A stretch of DNA of 62,362 bases, counting the filler, from Basidioascus undulatus (Eukaryota): NCBI GenBank assembly GCA_000826855.1. It is 11 parts of 11 records of this genome, joined end to end, with 100 filler letters (N's around TTAATTAATTAA, not from the genome) between each part and the next. Parts side by side here need not be neighbours in the genome. Positions count along the whole stretch, not along the records: positions 3,794 to 28,428 come from JTLS01000235.1; 10 more parts are not named here. The stretch is one strand, 5' to 3'. The notes under the pieces are model-generated. The model did no database searches, had not been told where the DNA came from, and was given only the letters and a program-made list of their open reading frames with translations. Made by a program: the position numbers and the translations under genes. Below, one piece after another: positions 11,541 to 23,898 of this stretch. Each line of letters opens with the position of its first letter. Position 1 is the first letter of the stretch.

Positions 11541-12490
11541 ATGTCCTCCGATAAACCGACGTTGCCCATCGACATCACCTCCGACACGACCTGCCCGTGG
11601 TGTTTCATCGGCTTCCAGCGCCTGCAGCGCGCGATTGCCTCGCCCGAAGTGCAGAAGCTGAACGTGAACATAGAGGTCCGCTTCCGGCCGCCGCGACCGA
11701 AGCGCTCGCGGTACGATGCGAAGTTTGGTATTGCCGGGGATCAGCATACGGATGCTACGCAGGTGCGTGCTGGAGAAGCTTCAGAGGCGTTGTGGGAGAT
11801 AGCGGGCTGATGGGTTTGGAATGGGACAGCTCCGTATTGCACTTGCGGCAGAGGAGGAGGGCATCCAGTTCCGCTGGGGCGGCGTGACGGGGCGGACGAC
11901 GGACTCTCACAGCTGCTGGAGAAGGCGTGGGAGAAGGGCGGGTCGGGTCTGCAGGTTAAATTCGCGGAAATTGTCTGCAAAGTGAGTTTTTTTGTCTTTA
12001 ATGTGCAAAGGTTTGCTGACCGCCGATTGGCAGGGATACAACGAGGAGGAGCAGGACGTCAGTTCGCACGCGTACTTGGCGTCGGCCGCCGAGAGTGCGC
12101 GCGTATTCTCGGAGAGCGAGGCTTTGGAATGGCTGAAGGGTAGCTTGTTCTACATGCGGTGGAAGGGAAATCCCTATGCTGACTGTGGTGCAGGCGACGA
12201 CTGCCTACGCGACGTCCAGCAGGGGTTTTTGCGTGCGAAGTCGTACGGCGTCGACAGTGTCCCGTGAGTGGTAGACATCCCAGAATGCATGGGCGAGCTG
12301 CAGCTGAACTCGTTTCACACTTCCTCCTGCAGGTATATTGTTATTGACAATCGCGCGGCCGTCACGGGTATGCGTTCGTGATGCCTTCGAGCTCGTTTCT
12401 CGCTGACCTTGCTTGGCTACAGGCGTCGAGGATATTGGGCTCTTCATTAAGGAGATTCAGCTTTGCGCAGAGAACCCCACCCCTTACTGA
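11541..12490 (+). pseudogene. DsbA/FrnE-like thioredoxin-fold protein with a 1-nt frameshift
   Basis: IDITSDTTCPWCFIGFQRL (CxxC); FRWGGVTGRTTDSH then, in a shifted frame at ~11912, LLEKAWEKGGSGLQ; later GVDSVP-YIVID (cis-Pro loop); stop at 12488-12490. Confidence 0.75.
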
Positions 12491-12619
12491 ACGAATCGTT
12501 GTACGGAGGCCGATGTCGCTGATGCATTGTGCACGGGCTACACGCTTTCTCACAACGGCACACACGGTTTATCATGCAAAATCAATTAGATCTAAAGTGT
12601 CGAATGGCGAGGTCCAGCC

Positions 12620-14580
12620 TTACGCCGCAGCTTTGATAGCCGCTTGATACTCCGTAATCGCGTCTGCCTTGACCTGGAGTGACCGAAAGCGTGAGCCTGC
12701 TGCGTACGACATGAGTAGCGGGTATGCACGCACCTTGTTGAACTGGTCGACAAGCGCCTGCGTCTGAGCGTTGTACTGGTTAACAAGGTCCGTCTTCCCC
12801 GCGTTGTAGTTGTCGCTGTAGACCTTCGTAGCGTCGTTGACTTCCGCCTTGTACGTCGCGAGGTTGGCGTTGTCCGCCGCGCTGAAGCGCGCCTTCGCGT
12901 CGGCAACCGTAGCGTCGAACTGCTGCTTCGCGGCCGTGTAGAGCTTACCGCGGTCCGCGGCCATCGCATCGAGCTTCGTCTGTCGCCCAAAAAATGTGGT
13001 TCAGTACTCCTCCAGAACCAGCTCGGTTTATGATAGAACACGCACCTTGTACTCCGCGAGGGCGGCGGCGAGCTTCGTGTTGTAGTCCGCGTTGGCGGCC
13101 GCGGTGGCGTTGTTGTACACGTCCTTGGCGCCCGCTGAATCGCCGTTGAAGACGTCCTTGAGGGAAGTCCGGTTGGCGAAGTAGGTCTATTCAATTGTGC
13201 GTTTTTATAAGCACGTAATTGACCGACTGTACGGAAAAGGTAGACCCGGACTCACGTTCTTGAAGTCCACCGTTCGGTTGTTGTAGATGTCCTTGAGAGC
13301 ATTGCCCATGGTCGTGATGTTCGAGTTGACTTGGACACCGAGAACGCCGATGGCGGCGTTCGTCGCTTTGGCAGCAGTATCGATCGTAGTCTGATAGTTG
13401 GCGAGGGCCTGCGCCTTCTTGGCTGCGGCGATCTGTCGGAGTAGGCAGTTTATGGTCAGTTTCGGATTGTGTAAGATTTTAACTGCTCGTGAGAAAAGAG
13501 CGGGCCTCGGGAGGCGTCTGAATGTCGGTCAAGGAAGAGGTGTCGGCGTCCGCAGGCAGGAGGGAAAAGTCGATGCAGTTCTGTGTGCTTGATGGTGAGC
13601 TACACAGAAGCGGGCTTCAAAGAGAAAAGAAACACTACGTACGGCATAGTACTGCTGGGTGTTCTGTGTAGGCTCAAGAAGGTAAGAAATCGATCACCTT
13701 TTACTGAATACGAACAATCATACCGGGCTGAGCCACATCCACCTGTTGGAACGCACATGTCAGGTCGCGTCACTATTTATGGCAAACGAAGCTGTGCGCA
13801 CTGCAATGCACAGGCGCCTGGAGTCGAACATTGGCCTTGCAGCTCCTCCGGAAGGGAGAATGTCCAGTCGATGTCGTCGGGCTGCGCGGGAAGCGAAGCG
13901 AGATAGCCGTTCTCTTCGGGCGACGACCAGGTCTTGATGGTGTGGAGGATGGTGTTCGAAGCGAGGGAAATGATTGAGGCATTGGCGTAGCTGTGAGGGT
14001 GATCATGTTGAGTACGATGCCGCTCGCACTCAGGCCTGCGAAGACGCACCCTGCGTGGTACGCGGTGAACTCATGGTGGACCTTGACCGTTTGGCCGACA
14101 GCCCAGGTGTGGATAGTGGTATTGTACTGATCCGCATATTGCTGGGTGGAAGATGGAAGTTAGTAACTCCCCCAAGCACATGGCCGAAAGACGAAGTCAA
14201 GTACCATGCCGCGACAGTGCCTGCCGAGCACAACGTCAGTGACTTGCGAACGGCAGGGGAATTGAATACTCACCAGATATCGCAACCATCCAGCGGCTTG
14301 GGTACCTTGTTTATGTACGAATACCAGTCCACGCCCCACCGCCATTCCATCGGACCGTTGGGCAAGTTGGAATTGATTTGGTTCGTCCAACGCTCGCCGC
14401 ACTTCTCAGTCATGCTGGGGGGGTCTCGGTCAACTCATTTTGCTACCCTTGAATCCAGCACGATGTAACTTGTACTCACGCTGGGCCCGGTTTTCGTGTT
14501 TGCGGATACACGATGCGTCCATGACCCAAAGCAGAGCTTGCGAGAGCGAGCGCGAGGAGCAGCTGAGTAATGGGGGCCAT
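12620..14580 (-). CDS. Secreted histidine-brace LPMO-like (chitin-binding type-4/AA13-related) domain fused to an Ala-rich hendecad helical tail
   Basis: 12 exons. 19-aa signal MAPITQLLLALALASSALG, then HGRIVYPQTRKPGPAMTEKCG...CDIWHCRGMQY...FTAYHAGYANASII...QCSTPGACALQWMWLSPNTQQYYANCIDF. A phase-0 GC-AG intron (13433-13505) then joins it to IAAAKKAQALANY...AAIKAAA*. Confidence 0.75.
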
Positions 14581-17500
14581 GTTGGGGCGTGTCGAATGAT
14601 ATGTAAAGGTTGGTGAAGAGGAAGAAGAGGATAAGGAGAGTGGCCCGCGCTGCGAAGAGAAACGAAGAATATAAAAAAGAAAGAGGGTAAGGAGCAAGAG
14701 CACAATCGCACAGAAGGGCTGCGAGGTGAGGAGCGACATCCGCTTGTGGACGATATCCCGACGTCGCAACGCGTCTCCTCACGTAGATTGTGTCAAACTT
14801 GAGTGTAACAACACCCAATTATACAACAGTGGCTTGTCCGAAGGGGCCTCATAAGGATTCGCGTCGCCGGGCGCGTGCAAAGAGCGTGCGCGAGCGGTGA
14901 AATGCGGGGGAGGAGGCGCGTTGTGGCGCCCTCTCGCAAAAATATTTGAGAACTGAGACGGTTTGAATGCTCTCGCTAAAGGTTGATATGCGGTGTTCGC
15001 GGAAGGCGATCGCATTCTTCACTGCTTCGCCAATAATTCAGGGGGTGATAAACAGCAATAATTATAGCCGTGGGATGCAGACGCGAATGTGAAGTGGTCA
15101 GCCTCAACGAAGCAGAGGATTTGTGTGAAGTACTGTACGGTCAGCTATCCAGCTTTCGCATTGCTTCATGAGTGCTGAATTATCTGTGTACTGGGGGTGA
15201 ACCATGCTAATGGTGGTGGTTAAAGGTGGTTTTCTTACTGGAAGGCAAGTGAAGTAGACCACCTTTCGGATGCGGCGCTTCCGTCGGTCCACCCTGTCTC
15301 GCTCCTCTCTAGTCTTCTCTCTTGTCCTCCCAAGTGCTGGTACAGCCGTACAGCAGGTCAGTGGCTTGGGCTTGAACCTTAGTGGAGAACACCCCTAACT
15401 TAACCACATTGTGGAAGCCGCATGTGGCACTCCTTCGTATACTTACTCTTCAACGTTTCTACTGCCAAATTTCACTCATGTATCCGACAAGTCTGTTTTC
15501 CGACACTGCGGTACTTCCTGTTCCACCACCCCGGTGGACACTCTGAAGCCCTTCTGCCCTCACAGACATATCGTTTCCAAGCCTTCCATGTTATCCAAAT
15601 GAGGCTCGACAGGAAGTATAGCTCCGGGCCGGCAGGAGACCTCCTTGCACATGAAGTCGGCTGCTGCCGTTTTTCTTTTCATACACCTTCTGCTCCCACT
15701 AAATCATCCGTGTTTGTCCGGAAACTCATTTTGGTCGCCACTCGCTTCCTATTCAGTATGCCTCTCAAAGATAGGGTTTACTGATCGCTGCAGACTGCCA
15801 GATGGCAGATGGACACTCCAAAACTCGTTGCCCGGTTTTCACTCCAAAAAAGCATGTCAAGCGCATAAGAAATGAATACGAAATAACCATTCTTTCCATT
15901 GAGGTTGGAGACTAATCAGGGCAACAGGGGCACGCGCGCGGAGGCAGACGACAGGTCTGTCCCAACGATACGGGAAAGAGACATTATGGGGCGTTGCTGA
16001 ACTTGGTAGGACCCAACTGAAATTAATTTGGTGGAATTACAACACGGGGTCATGTTGGCTGGATTTGGGGAGCATGGCATAGACGCGTGGGCCTGCTCCG
16101 CCACCTTCAAAAGCAGCTGGAGCGACTCCTGCCGGCGCTCGTGAGCAATGGCATGGGCTTCCAGTCAACGATAGGAGGTTAAAGGCCGAGTAGGCCTGAA
16201 TTTTTGGCAGGTTCTCCTCCGTACACATGCAGAGGTACATACTGCAGCTGCAGGTGAAGGTGCTGCTCCGCGATGCCAACGATTTCTGCTCTCGACAGCA
16301 AATTCAAGGCGTTTGTGAGCTGCTATGCAAGGGCGTTTATTACTAACATCACTCAAAAAGGAGCCTTAACATATCAGATTCTTCAATACCTGGTTCCTGC
16401 GTATCCTGCAGCTCGTTTATGCAGGTCTCAAGCTGTCATGGTTTCGGTTTGAAGAGGTGGGCTGAGCCAAGGTCGGGTTTTCTCGACCCCCGAGCCTCCT
16501 TTGAAGATTCTCTTTGAGCACGATGTGATATTCCTGGAACGAAAATTTCTTATTGTCTTCACCAGCTGGTAAAACCTCGTTTCTCAGGAGTCAAAACAAA
16601 ACGTAACAATGTTTGCCGAGGTTCGCGACACAGACACCCCATTCGAAGCAACAACGTCGTCTCGCACGAGGCTATCAATCAAGTATTTGTGTACGAGGCT
16701 GAAATTTATACTATCGGTGCAGGACTTCAGTCCGGCTCAACTATTCTGAAAGACGGAGAGCATCATGGGATCGAGCAGTTCGCGGCAGCGGCTCCGGCAG
16801 CTCATGATGCCACTCGCCAAGTGCGTGCGTGAAGAGCTACCTAACATGGTGTGCCTACAGCACTTCCAAAAAATGAGTAACAGAAAGGATCACTGCTGTG
16901 AACGGCTGGGGAAGTGAGGTGAGAATCCAATGTCGAGCTGATGGTGCAGCCAACAGTCCATGGACGACGCTTCTCCCTCTGACTGTCTCTCAGTTGCTGC
17001 CGTGCGTGCACACACAACTTCAATGGGCTACCACGTGAGATGGCGTCCCTTAAACTTAACGAGATCCAGGAACGCAAAGTTCTCCATTGGGGGCTTCCGC
17101 CTTGGTAAACAGATATCGAGGCACTGGGCGAGGCACCGTGTTGGGGTCACGCGAGACACCCTCGCCTTGGCGATGGCTGCGAGTTCGTCGTGACTGAATG
17201 GGCTTGCGAGTGTTTACAGTGACTGCCCACCGCTTTCGTAATCCCGTGTGATCTTCAGCATCTTCTGCGTACATTGTACTTCAATTCCGGCTTGGCTGTG
17301 CATCGACAGGTTTCATGCGGGCCTGGCAGCCGGAAGGGCCGGCTGGCAATCACCCGCCGGTCCGCTTTCTCACCAAGTCAAATCGCTCTTTTTCCTACCA
17401 GGAGGCGGAAAGACTCGGAATGTACCTGTGACTCCGCCCAGGCCTTCGATCAGGGCACGAAGCTACAGTGCCAGTCGGTCAGCTGTTAAGCTCATCCCTA

Positions 17501-17697
17501 GCTCTCAGTACATCTTGTATAAGGGATTCGCTGCCTCTTGTCTGCGAGGTCCTGCACGCCTCTTCCTTCTTTCATCTCTCAGGATCTTTAGAGCTTTCCA
17601 ACACGTTACACTTTCTTCATCTCCCCCTCTCCGCCTAGACAACTAGACGGACGTCTCACCCGCCCATCCACCCACACGACTTCCTAACGTTCGCGCG

Positions 17698-20668
17698 ATG
17701 ACCGACCAAGTCGACTCCGCCTCCCTCAAGGACGAAAGCCCTGAGGAGTTCATTGAGAACGTCCCAATTGCCGAGCCGGGGTATTCTGACGTCAACGACA
17801 AGCGGCTCGTTCGAAAGCTCGACAAACGCATCGTACCCTTCCTGTCACTTCTCTACCTTCTGTCGTACGTAGCCTGGAGCATATCCCCCAATCACCGGAA
17901 ACTGACAGTATTGCTTTACTCCCCAGCTTCCTAGACCGCACAAACAGTAAGTTTTGTGTTGAATACTCATTTCCGTTTGAAGGCCTCGCGCTGACGCGAG
18001 TGATATCAAGTCGGCAATGCGAGGCTGTTCGGGCTGGGTACGCGATCGTTTGTTCGGCAGTGCCGGTTGTGAAGCTGATGCCTGTGCCTTTGTGGGTCGC
18101 CAGAGACGGATCTCGGCTTTACGGGCACCCAATATTGTAAGATTAGAAAACTTATCCTTTCCAGCAATCTCCTGACTGAGGGAAACAACGCAGCGACGTG
18201 CTTGGCCATCTTCTTCGTCGGGTTCGTCGCTTCCTTGGATGCAAGCCGTCTCAGAAAGGCTAAGCGTCGACATACACAGCTACGTGGCCTTCGAAATTCC
18301 CAGCAACATGGCGCTCAAGCGCACAAGGCCATCAATCTGGCTGCCAATCATGTAAGGTGGCCGTAACTGCTCGGGGCACACCGAAACAGGCCTGACAAAG
18401 TCTTTCGACGTTACAAGCATGCTGGCGTGGGGCTTGACCATGACTTTTATGTTCGTAGCTGTCCATTGTGTTTGGATAACCTCATCTGTTCAGTAGACCT
18501 CCACACTTCCATCTTACAGGGGCTTCGTAAAGAACTTCCAGGACTTGATGATCTCGCGAGTTATTCTTGGCATCACGGAGGCTGGTACGCAGCGATTCAT
18601 TGATTTCGCATCGGGCACCCAGCTGAGCTCGACATTATGCAGGTCTTTTCCCTGGTGTATCGTGGTTCATTACTCTTTGTAACCAGACCTTCCCCGTCCT
18701 ATCCTCCGAAATTTGGGGCTGACTCTCCGTCCCGACCATGACAGGGTACAAGCGCGCGGAGTGCGCCTTCCGCATCTCGCTCTTCTTCGCCGCCGCTTCC
18801 ATGTGGGTTTTTGTATCTGTCAGAGCCTCATTCCAATCCGGCTTACCGGTAACTTGCACAGGGCCGGCGCCTTTGGCGGACTCCTCGCGCGCTTGATCAA
18901 CCTCATGGACGATGTGGCAGGCCTCGACGGCTGGAGGTGGTGAGTTACCACCGCATCCCTTCAACAACTGTTCCAGCTGCTGATCCCTGATTGTTTGAAC
19001 ACCTCAGGATCTTTATTCTGGAGGGAATCCTCACTGTTCTCGTGGCCGTTTCTGCGTAGGTCGTGCATCTGCTCATATGCTCTTGAGACTCTCAATACTG
19101 AGGCTGGCGCCAATTTCTGGATGCTTGAGGACTTCCCAGAAACGTCTAAGTGTGAGTAATTCCATTGTAGACCTTACAGGTCCTGGCATGGCTGACTTCC
19201 TTCTGGCAGTCTTGAGCGAAGAAGAGAAGAGGCGTGTGATTGCTCGTCTTGCCGAAGACTCCGTCGGCCTCTCCACCGAGTGGAAGAAGCGCTTTATCTA
19301 GTACGTGGTAAAACTCCTACATGATTCCACAAGCCGCTTGGGTTAGTTGCGAGTCGGCGTAAGCGGTGGCGCGACGTCTTGGGCTTTCGGCGTTTTACGC
19401 ACACACACACACAAGTACCTGTTCGCTAACGCTGAGGCGTCGGTTCCAGTGACGGCTTGCTCGACTGGAAGGTTTGGCTCCAGGTAGGTAGGTATGTATG
19501 TATTAACCGGAAGGCCACTTAAAGACCACACCGTGTCCGCCAGGGACTTCTCTTCATTGCTGGGTTAATGCCCGTTTACTCGTTCTCCCTTTTTATGCCT
19601 ACCATCGTGGCAAATATGGGCTTTACCGCGGCGACCAGCCAGCTCCTTACCGTTCCGCCCTACGTCTGCGGTGGTCTGTCTACCATCTTTGCAGGCTGGA
19701 TATCGGACAGGAAGCGTGAGCCTTCCTCAAGTCTTTGATTAGCACTATATTCTCATCATGCTCTCCAATCCTTTCCAGAACAGCGCTACTGGACCATCGT
19801 CATTCTCTACTGCGTCGGCATTGTCGGTTTCGTCATGCTCATTTCTTCGGTCAACCCGGCTTTTCAGTAGTGCGTCCTTAGGTCTTCTCATATTCAAGGC
19901 CCCCCAGCAGACTCACGATCAACCAATCTTTCAAAGCCCGGGTGTCTTCCTTGGTGCCATTGGCATCTACCCCCAGATCCCGCTGGATGTGTCATTTGTA
20001 AGCGCCGGGATTTTAGTGGCCAGGCGAAGCCGCGGAGCGACTCGCTCATTCTTGGTTCCTCAGGCCGGAAACAACATGGGCGGCGTTCTGAAGCGCGGTG
20101 TCGGCATGGCGTTTGTTGTCGGATTCGGAAAGTAAGCTCAGGTCCTCTGAAAACAGGCTGCGTTGTGCGAGCAACGGCTGACCTGCATCCGCGTCCCCCG
20201 CAGCATGGGTGGTGTGCGTCCTACTTCTCATTGTGCTGAGGTGTAATGTTCGCTTGTTGGTTCTTACCAAGCCTTCGCTTCTTCTAGGTCATCTCGTCCT
20301 ACATCTACCGCGCGCCCGACAAGCCCCACTACTACCTCGGCCACGGCACCGTGAGTAGCAGCTTTCCCTTCGTCTCGTCTTTCACGGCCTATGATCGTAC
20401 CGCTCATTCCAAACTACCCTTCTTGCAGATAATCGGCTTCCTCTGCATGGGCGTCGTCTCGTCCACTATCCTTCGCCTCTACATGGGCCGCCAAAACCGC
20501 CTCCGGGACGAGGCCGACGGCGGCAAGCAGTGGACCCCGGAGGAGCGGGCGCCGTATGTCGACGACGGCGACGACGCGCCTTTCTTCCGGTGCGCAATGC
20601 AGTCCTCAGTTTCCAGCTCGCTGTTGATGTTTACGGGGTCTCCTTTTCCAAACAGGTACATGCTCTGA
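17698..20668 (+). CDS. MFS transporter, anion:cation symporter (allantoate/nicotinate permease, Dal5/Tna1-like) family
   Basis: RLVRKLDKRIVPFLSLLYLLSFLDRTNIGNARL...EIPSN..LKR...SRVILGITEAGLFPG...GLDGWRWIFILEG...QLLTVPPY...NNMGG..KR...PFFRYML*; about 22 introns. Confidence 0.93.
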
Positions 20669-21829
20669 AGCATCACATCAACCGCCTACCGCGCACCGTC
20701 TCCGTCTCTTTCACCTGATATTCTCCATGGGTTTCTTATTTCCAACTGCTGTTGTCTTACACTGTACAAGAAGAGATCAAGTGTTTCATGCAATCGGTCC
20801 CTAGCGTCTGGTATTGCTTAAGTTCCGTGTTGCTTCGTGTTGGCATTACTCGCGTCTAGGTTTTCATATTGGTCTTCCCGCCTGAGGAAAGACCTTATGT
20901 AACGCCTACAGACTCTCAGAGCAGAGAGGTCAAGTCGTTCTTGTCTCATAGCTTCAGAGTACCTTGAGTAAGATCGGAGACGGAACTTGTCCTAGATCTG
21001 GCATTCCAGGCTCCCCCGCGGCGCAGCTTCTGTTGGCCTTTGTGTGGGCTGATAGGCCGTTCCAACCGCAAGGACCTTTAAGGTCTCTTTTAGACTTCCC
21101 ATAGGTCATGACTTCGTAAACCTGGGCATAGAAAAGTGGAGCAGAGCGCGCGCAAGCGTGCCTTCGCCACCACTCGCAGATGTCTCAGTGAATTTCGAGC
21201 AGCATGGCTTTCGAGCTAGTGCATAATCGAATCCATCTGTTTGATTCTACGTGCGTTTTACTCCCCTGGGTCCTCAATCATAATCTCTTTGGGTAAGCCA
21301 CGTCGTCTCAGTCAAGGCTTCGGTGATGCCTGCGGTCGGCAACACCTGCTACGTCTTGGCTGCAGAACGTACTGCAGGGAAGTGTCCTGAAGATAGGGAG
21401 CCGAAAGAAAGGTACTCATCCCCGCTTCAGTATTGCTTGTTCTCAAATCTACCCAAATCTCACGCCGGTGGTTGGTTGGTGGCTGGATCGTCGCTGCCGC
21501 TGCAGCCACATTGATTGCACTGGGAGCCAAGATCTTCTGCCTCCGAGGGTTAACTTATTTGCCATGGTGACTTTGTGTCCATGGCTCTCGAATCCTCGCT
21601 ACCAAAAAAAATCCAAAATTCTGTGCATGTTGTGCAGTGCTGACCGTCGCTGTCGCTCGTCTTCAGAGCCTCGCGTCGGAGCCTCGTAGGCAGACGGAGT
21701 GCCCCTCGATTACATCAGCGGCACTTGGCTTCGCTGGCTTCCTCGACTCCTCCAAACTCATCTCCTGTCTTCCTTCAACAAAACAAACTTACCACTCGAT
21801 ATCTGACCCTACACATATTCACCAGCATA

Positions 21830-23221
21830 ATGACGACCTCCTTGCCCGGCTCGTCCGATTCGATCATCCGCCCGGGGAAGTTTGTGTACCTCAGCGACTG
21901 GGACGGGACTATCACCAGTGCGTTGCTCTGCTACTGCGATCTCTGGACCGCTTGTGAATGAGATGTTGAACTTGGGGATTGCAGCTCAGGACTCTAATGA
22001 CTGTGCGGAACGAGAACGCTTGTGGAGGGTGTAGGGAGACTGGGGAAGCTCATGTGAAGCGGTGGGCCGGCAGACCTCGTCGACAACTTCGGCTTTGGAG
22101 AGGCGCGCCGGTGCGTGTTTCCCGTCATGCGCCAATCAACATAGCGGCCGCTTGACGCTGCTTTCTTTACAGGAAGGAGTTGAACAAGGACATCTTGTCT
22201 GGAGCGACCACCTTCCGGTGCGTTACTCCTGCGCACGCTGTTGCTCGCGTCGAGGGTTGACGCTGGTTCCGGTCGCAGGGACGCCTTCCATGACATGCTC
22301 CACAGCGTCAAGCTCTCCTTCCCGGAGTGCATGGAGGTGCTGAAGCGGGGTGAGCTTTCCGTAACGTAGATTGTGGGCATGAAGGACGGCACTGATGCGG
22401 TCCGGCAAAGACATCGTCTTGGATCCCGGCTTCAAGCAGTTCTACTTCTGGGCGAAGGAGCAGGGAATCCCTGTTATCATTGTCTCTTCGTACGTATCCT
22501 CTTGCTCTCCACTATGGAGTGGAATGTCGGTCACTAATGGGTGCGCGTTGCAGCGGCATGGCCCCCCTCATCCGCGCGGTGCTGGCCAACCTGATCGGCG
22601 ACGAGGAGGCGGAGCAGATGTGAGTTTCCCCGCAGCAGTCGGATTATGACAAGCAAAGAAGCTGAATCTTGGCGCGGGCCAGCGACGTCATTGCGAACGA
22701 TGTCAAGCTGCATGACCCGGAGGCCAAGAAGTGGGAGATCGTCTACCGGCACCCGGAGAGGTGAGTCCTGCTCCCCCGGAGGTCCGTTTTGGTAGTTACA
22801 GCGACGCTGAACTCGCCCGCCCGTGCGCGCAGTGGCTTCGGACATGACAAGTCCAAGGCCATCCTGCCCTACCGCGACCTCGCCGAGCCGCCCGTGCTCT
22901 TCTTCTCCGGCGACGGCGTTTCCGGTTCGTCTCCCCCCTCCCCCCCAGTCGATTTTTCTTCCTGATGCCTAACCCGCCCCGCAGACATGTCCGCCGCCCG
23001 CCATGCCGACTACCTCTTTGTCCGGCGGGGCAAGGTGCGTTGCCGTTCCCGGCCTCACCCGCTGGTGCGAACGCTGATGGGATGAGAGTGTGCCACAGGA
23101 CCTGGAGCGCTACGTCCTGCAGGAGAAGCTGCCGCACGAGACGTTCGACTCGTTCCTCGACATCCAGTCGCGGGTGAACGAGGTCAAGACCGAGAAGGGC
23201 GCTGCGAACGGCCACGTCTAA
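21830..23221 (+). CDS. HAD-superfamily phosphatase (MtnX-like; yeast Pyp1/YNL010W family)
   Basis: Motif I SDWDGTIT-xQDSND, LDPGFKQF, VIIVSSGM, GFGHDKS, motif IV GDGVSDMSAA; about 10 introns. Confidence 0.9.
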
Positions 23222-23335
23222 TTGAATAGAATGTAGAGCAGGCCCGATACCATAGATTGGCGTCTTTAGCTGCGCCCCGGATTGGAAATACAAAACAATC
23301 GGCATCTTCGTCAAGCGTGCATGATTGTTCTAATT

Positions 23336-23898
23336 TCACAAGTTCGCAACCGCAGGAGGAAGATCGGTGACCTTCCCAACAATGTTGTACCGCTGCAACA
23401 GCCCCAGCGCGTCAACCTTCGCCCGCCCTGCGCGGAACAGGAGGTACGGGGGACGCACCTTCTGAAAGAACGTGTACCAGTCGTCGAGCACCTGCCGCTC
23501 CTTGTCCGGCAGACCTGAGTAATCCGGCACCGCGTCCTCCGGCTTCAACGAGCTCAGCCCCAGCCCCTTCGACCCGTCCTTCCCCTGCACCCGCCTCACA
23601 CAGTGTGAGCCACGCTGCCACCCGCTACGGGATTCGTAAAGAGTAGGACGCACCGCAAAGATGTTGTACCCCTTCCCCTTCCCGTAAATGTCCGCCTTCC
23701 GGGTCACGTCGAAGACGGTGCCTGCCCGCGGGCTCCCATGAGCTCACCCCCGTCAGGCACGGACGGAGCGGTACGAGACGCACCCTTGATAGACACGTAG
23801 ATCGGCCGGCCCTCCACCGAGCCATCGAACTTCTTCAGGTCCTCAAGCGTGAAGGGGTTGTCCTTGGGCGGGTTGAGGTTGTCTACGGGCGGCTGCAT
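23336..23898 (-). CDS. Cytochrome b5-like heme/steroid-binding (MAPR family) protein, short form without TM anchor
   Basis: FTLEDLKKFDGS...IYVSIKGTVFDVT...YGKGKGYNIFAGKDGSKGLG...LDDWYTFFQKRYNIVGKV; 3 introns; convergent with the HAD gene. Confidence 0.92.
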
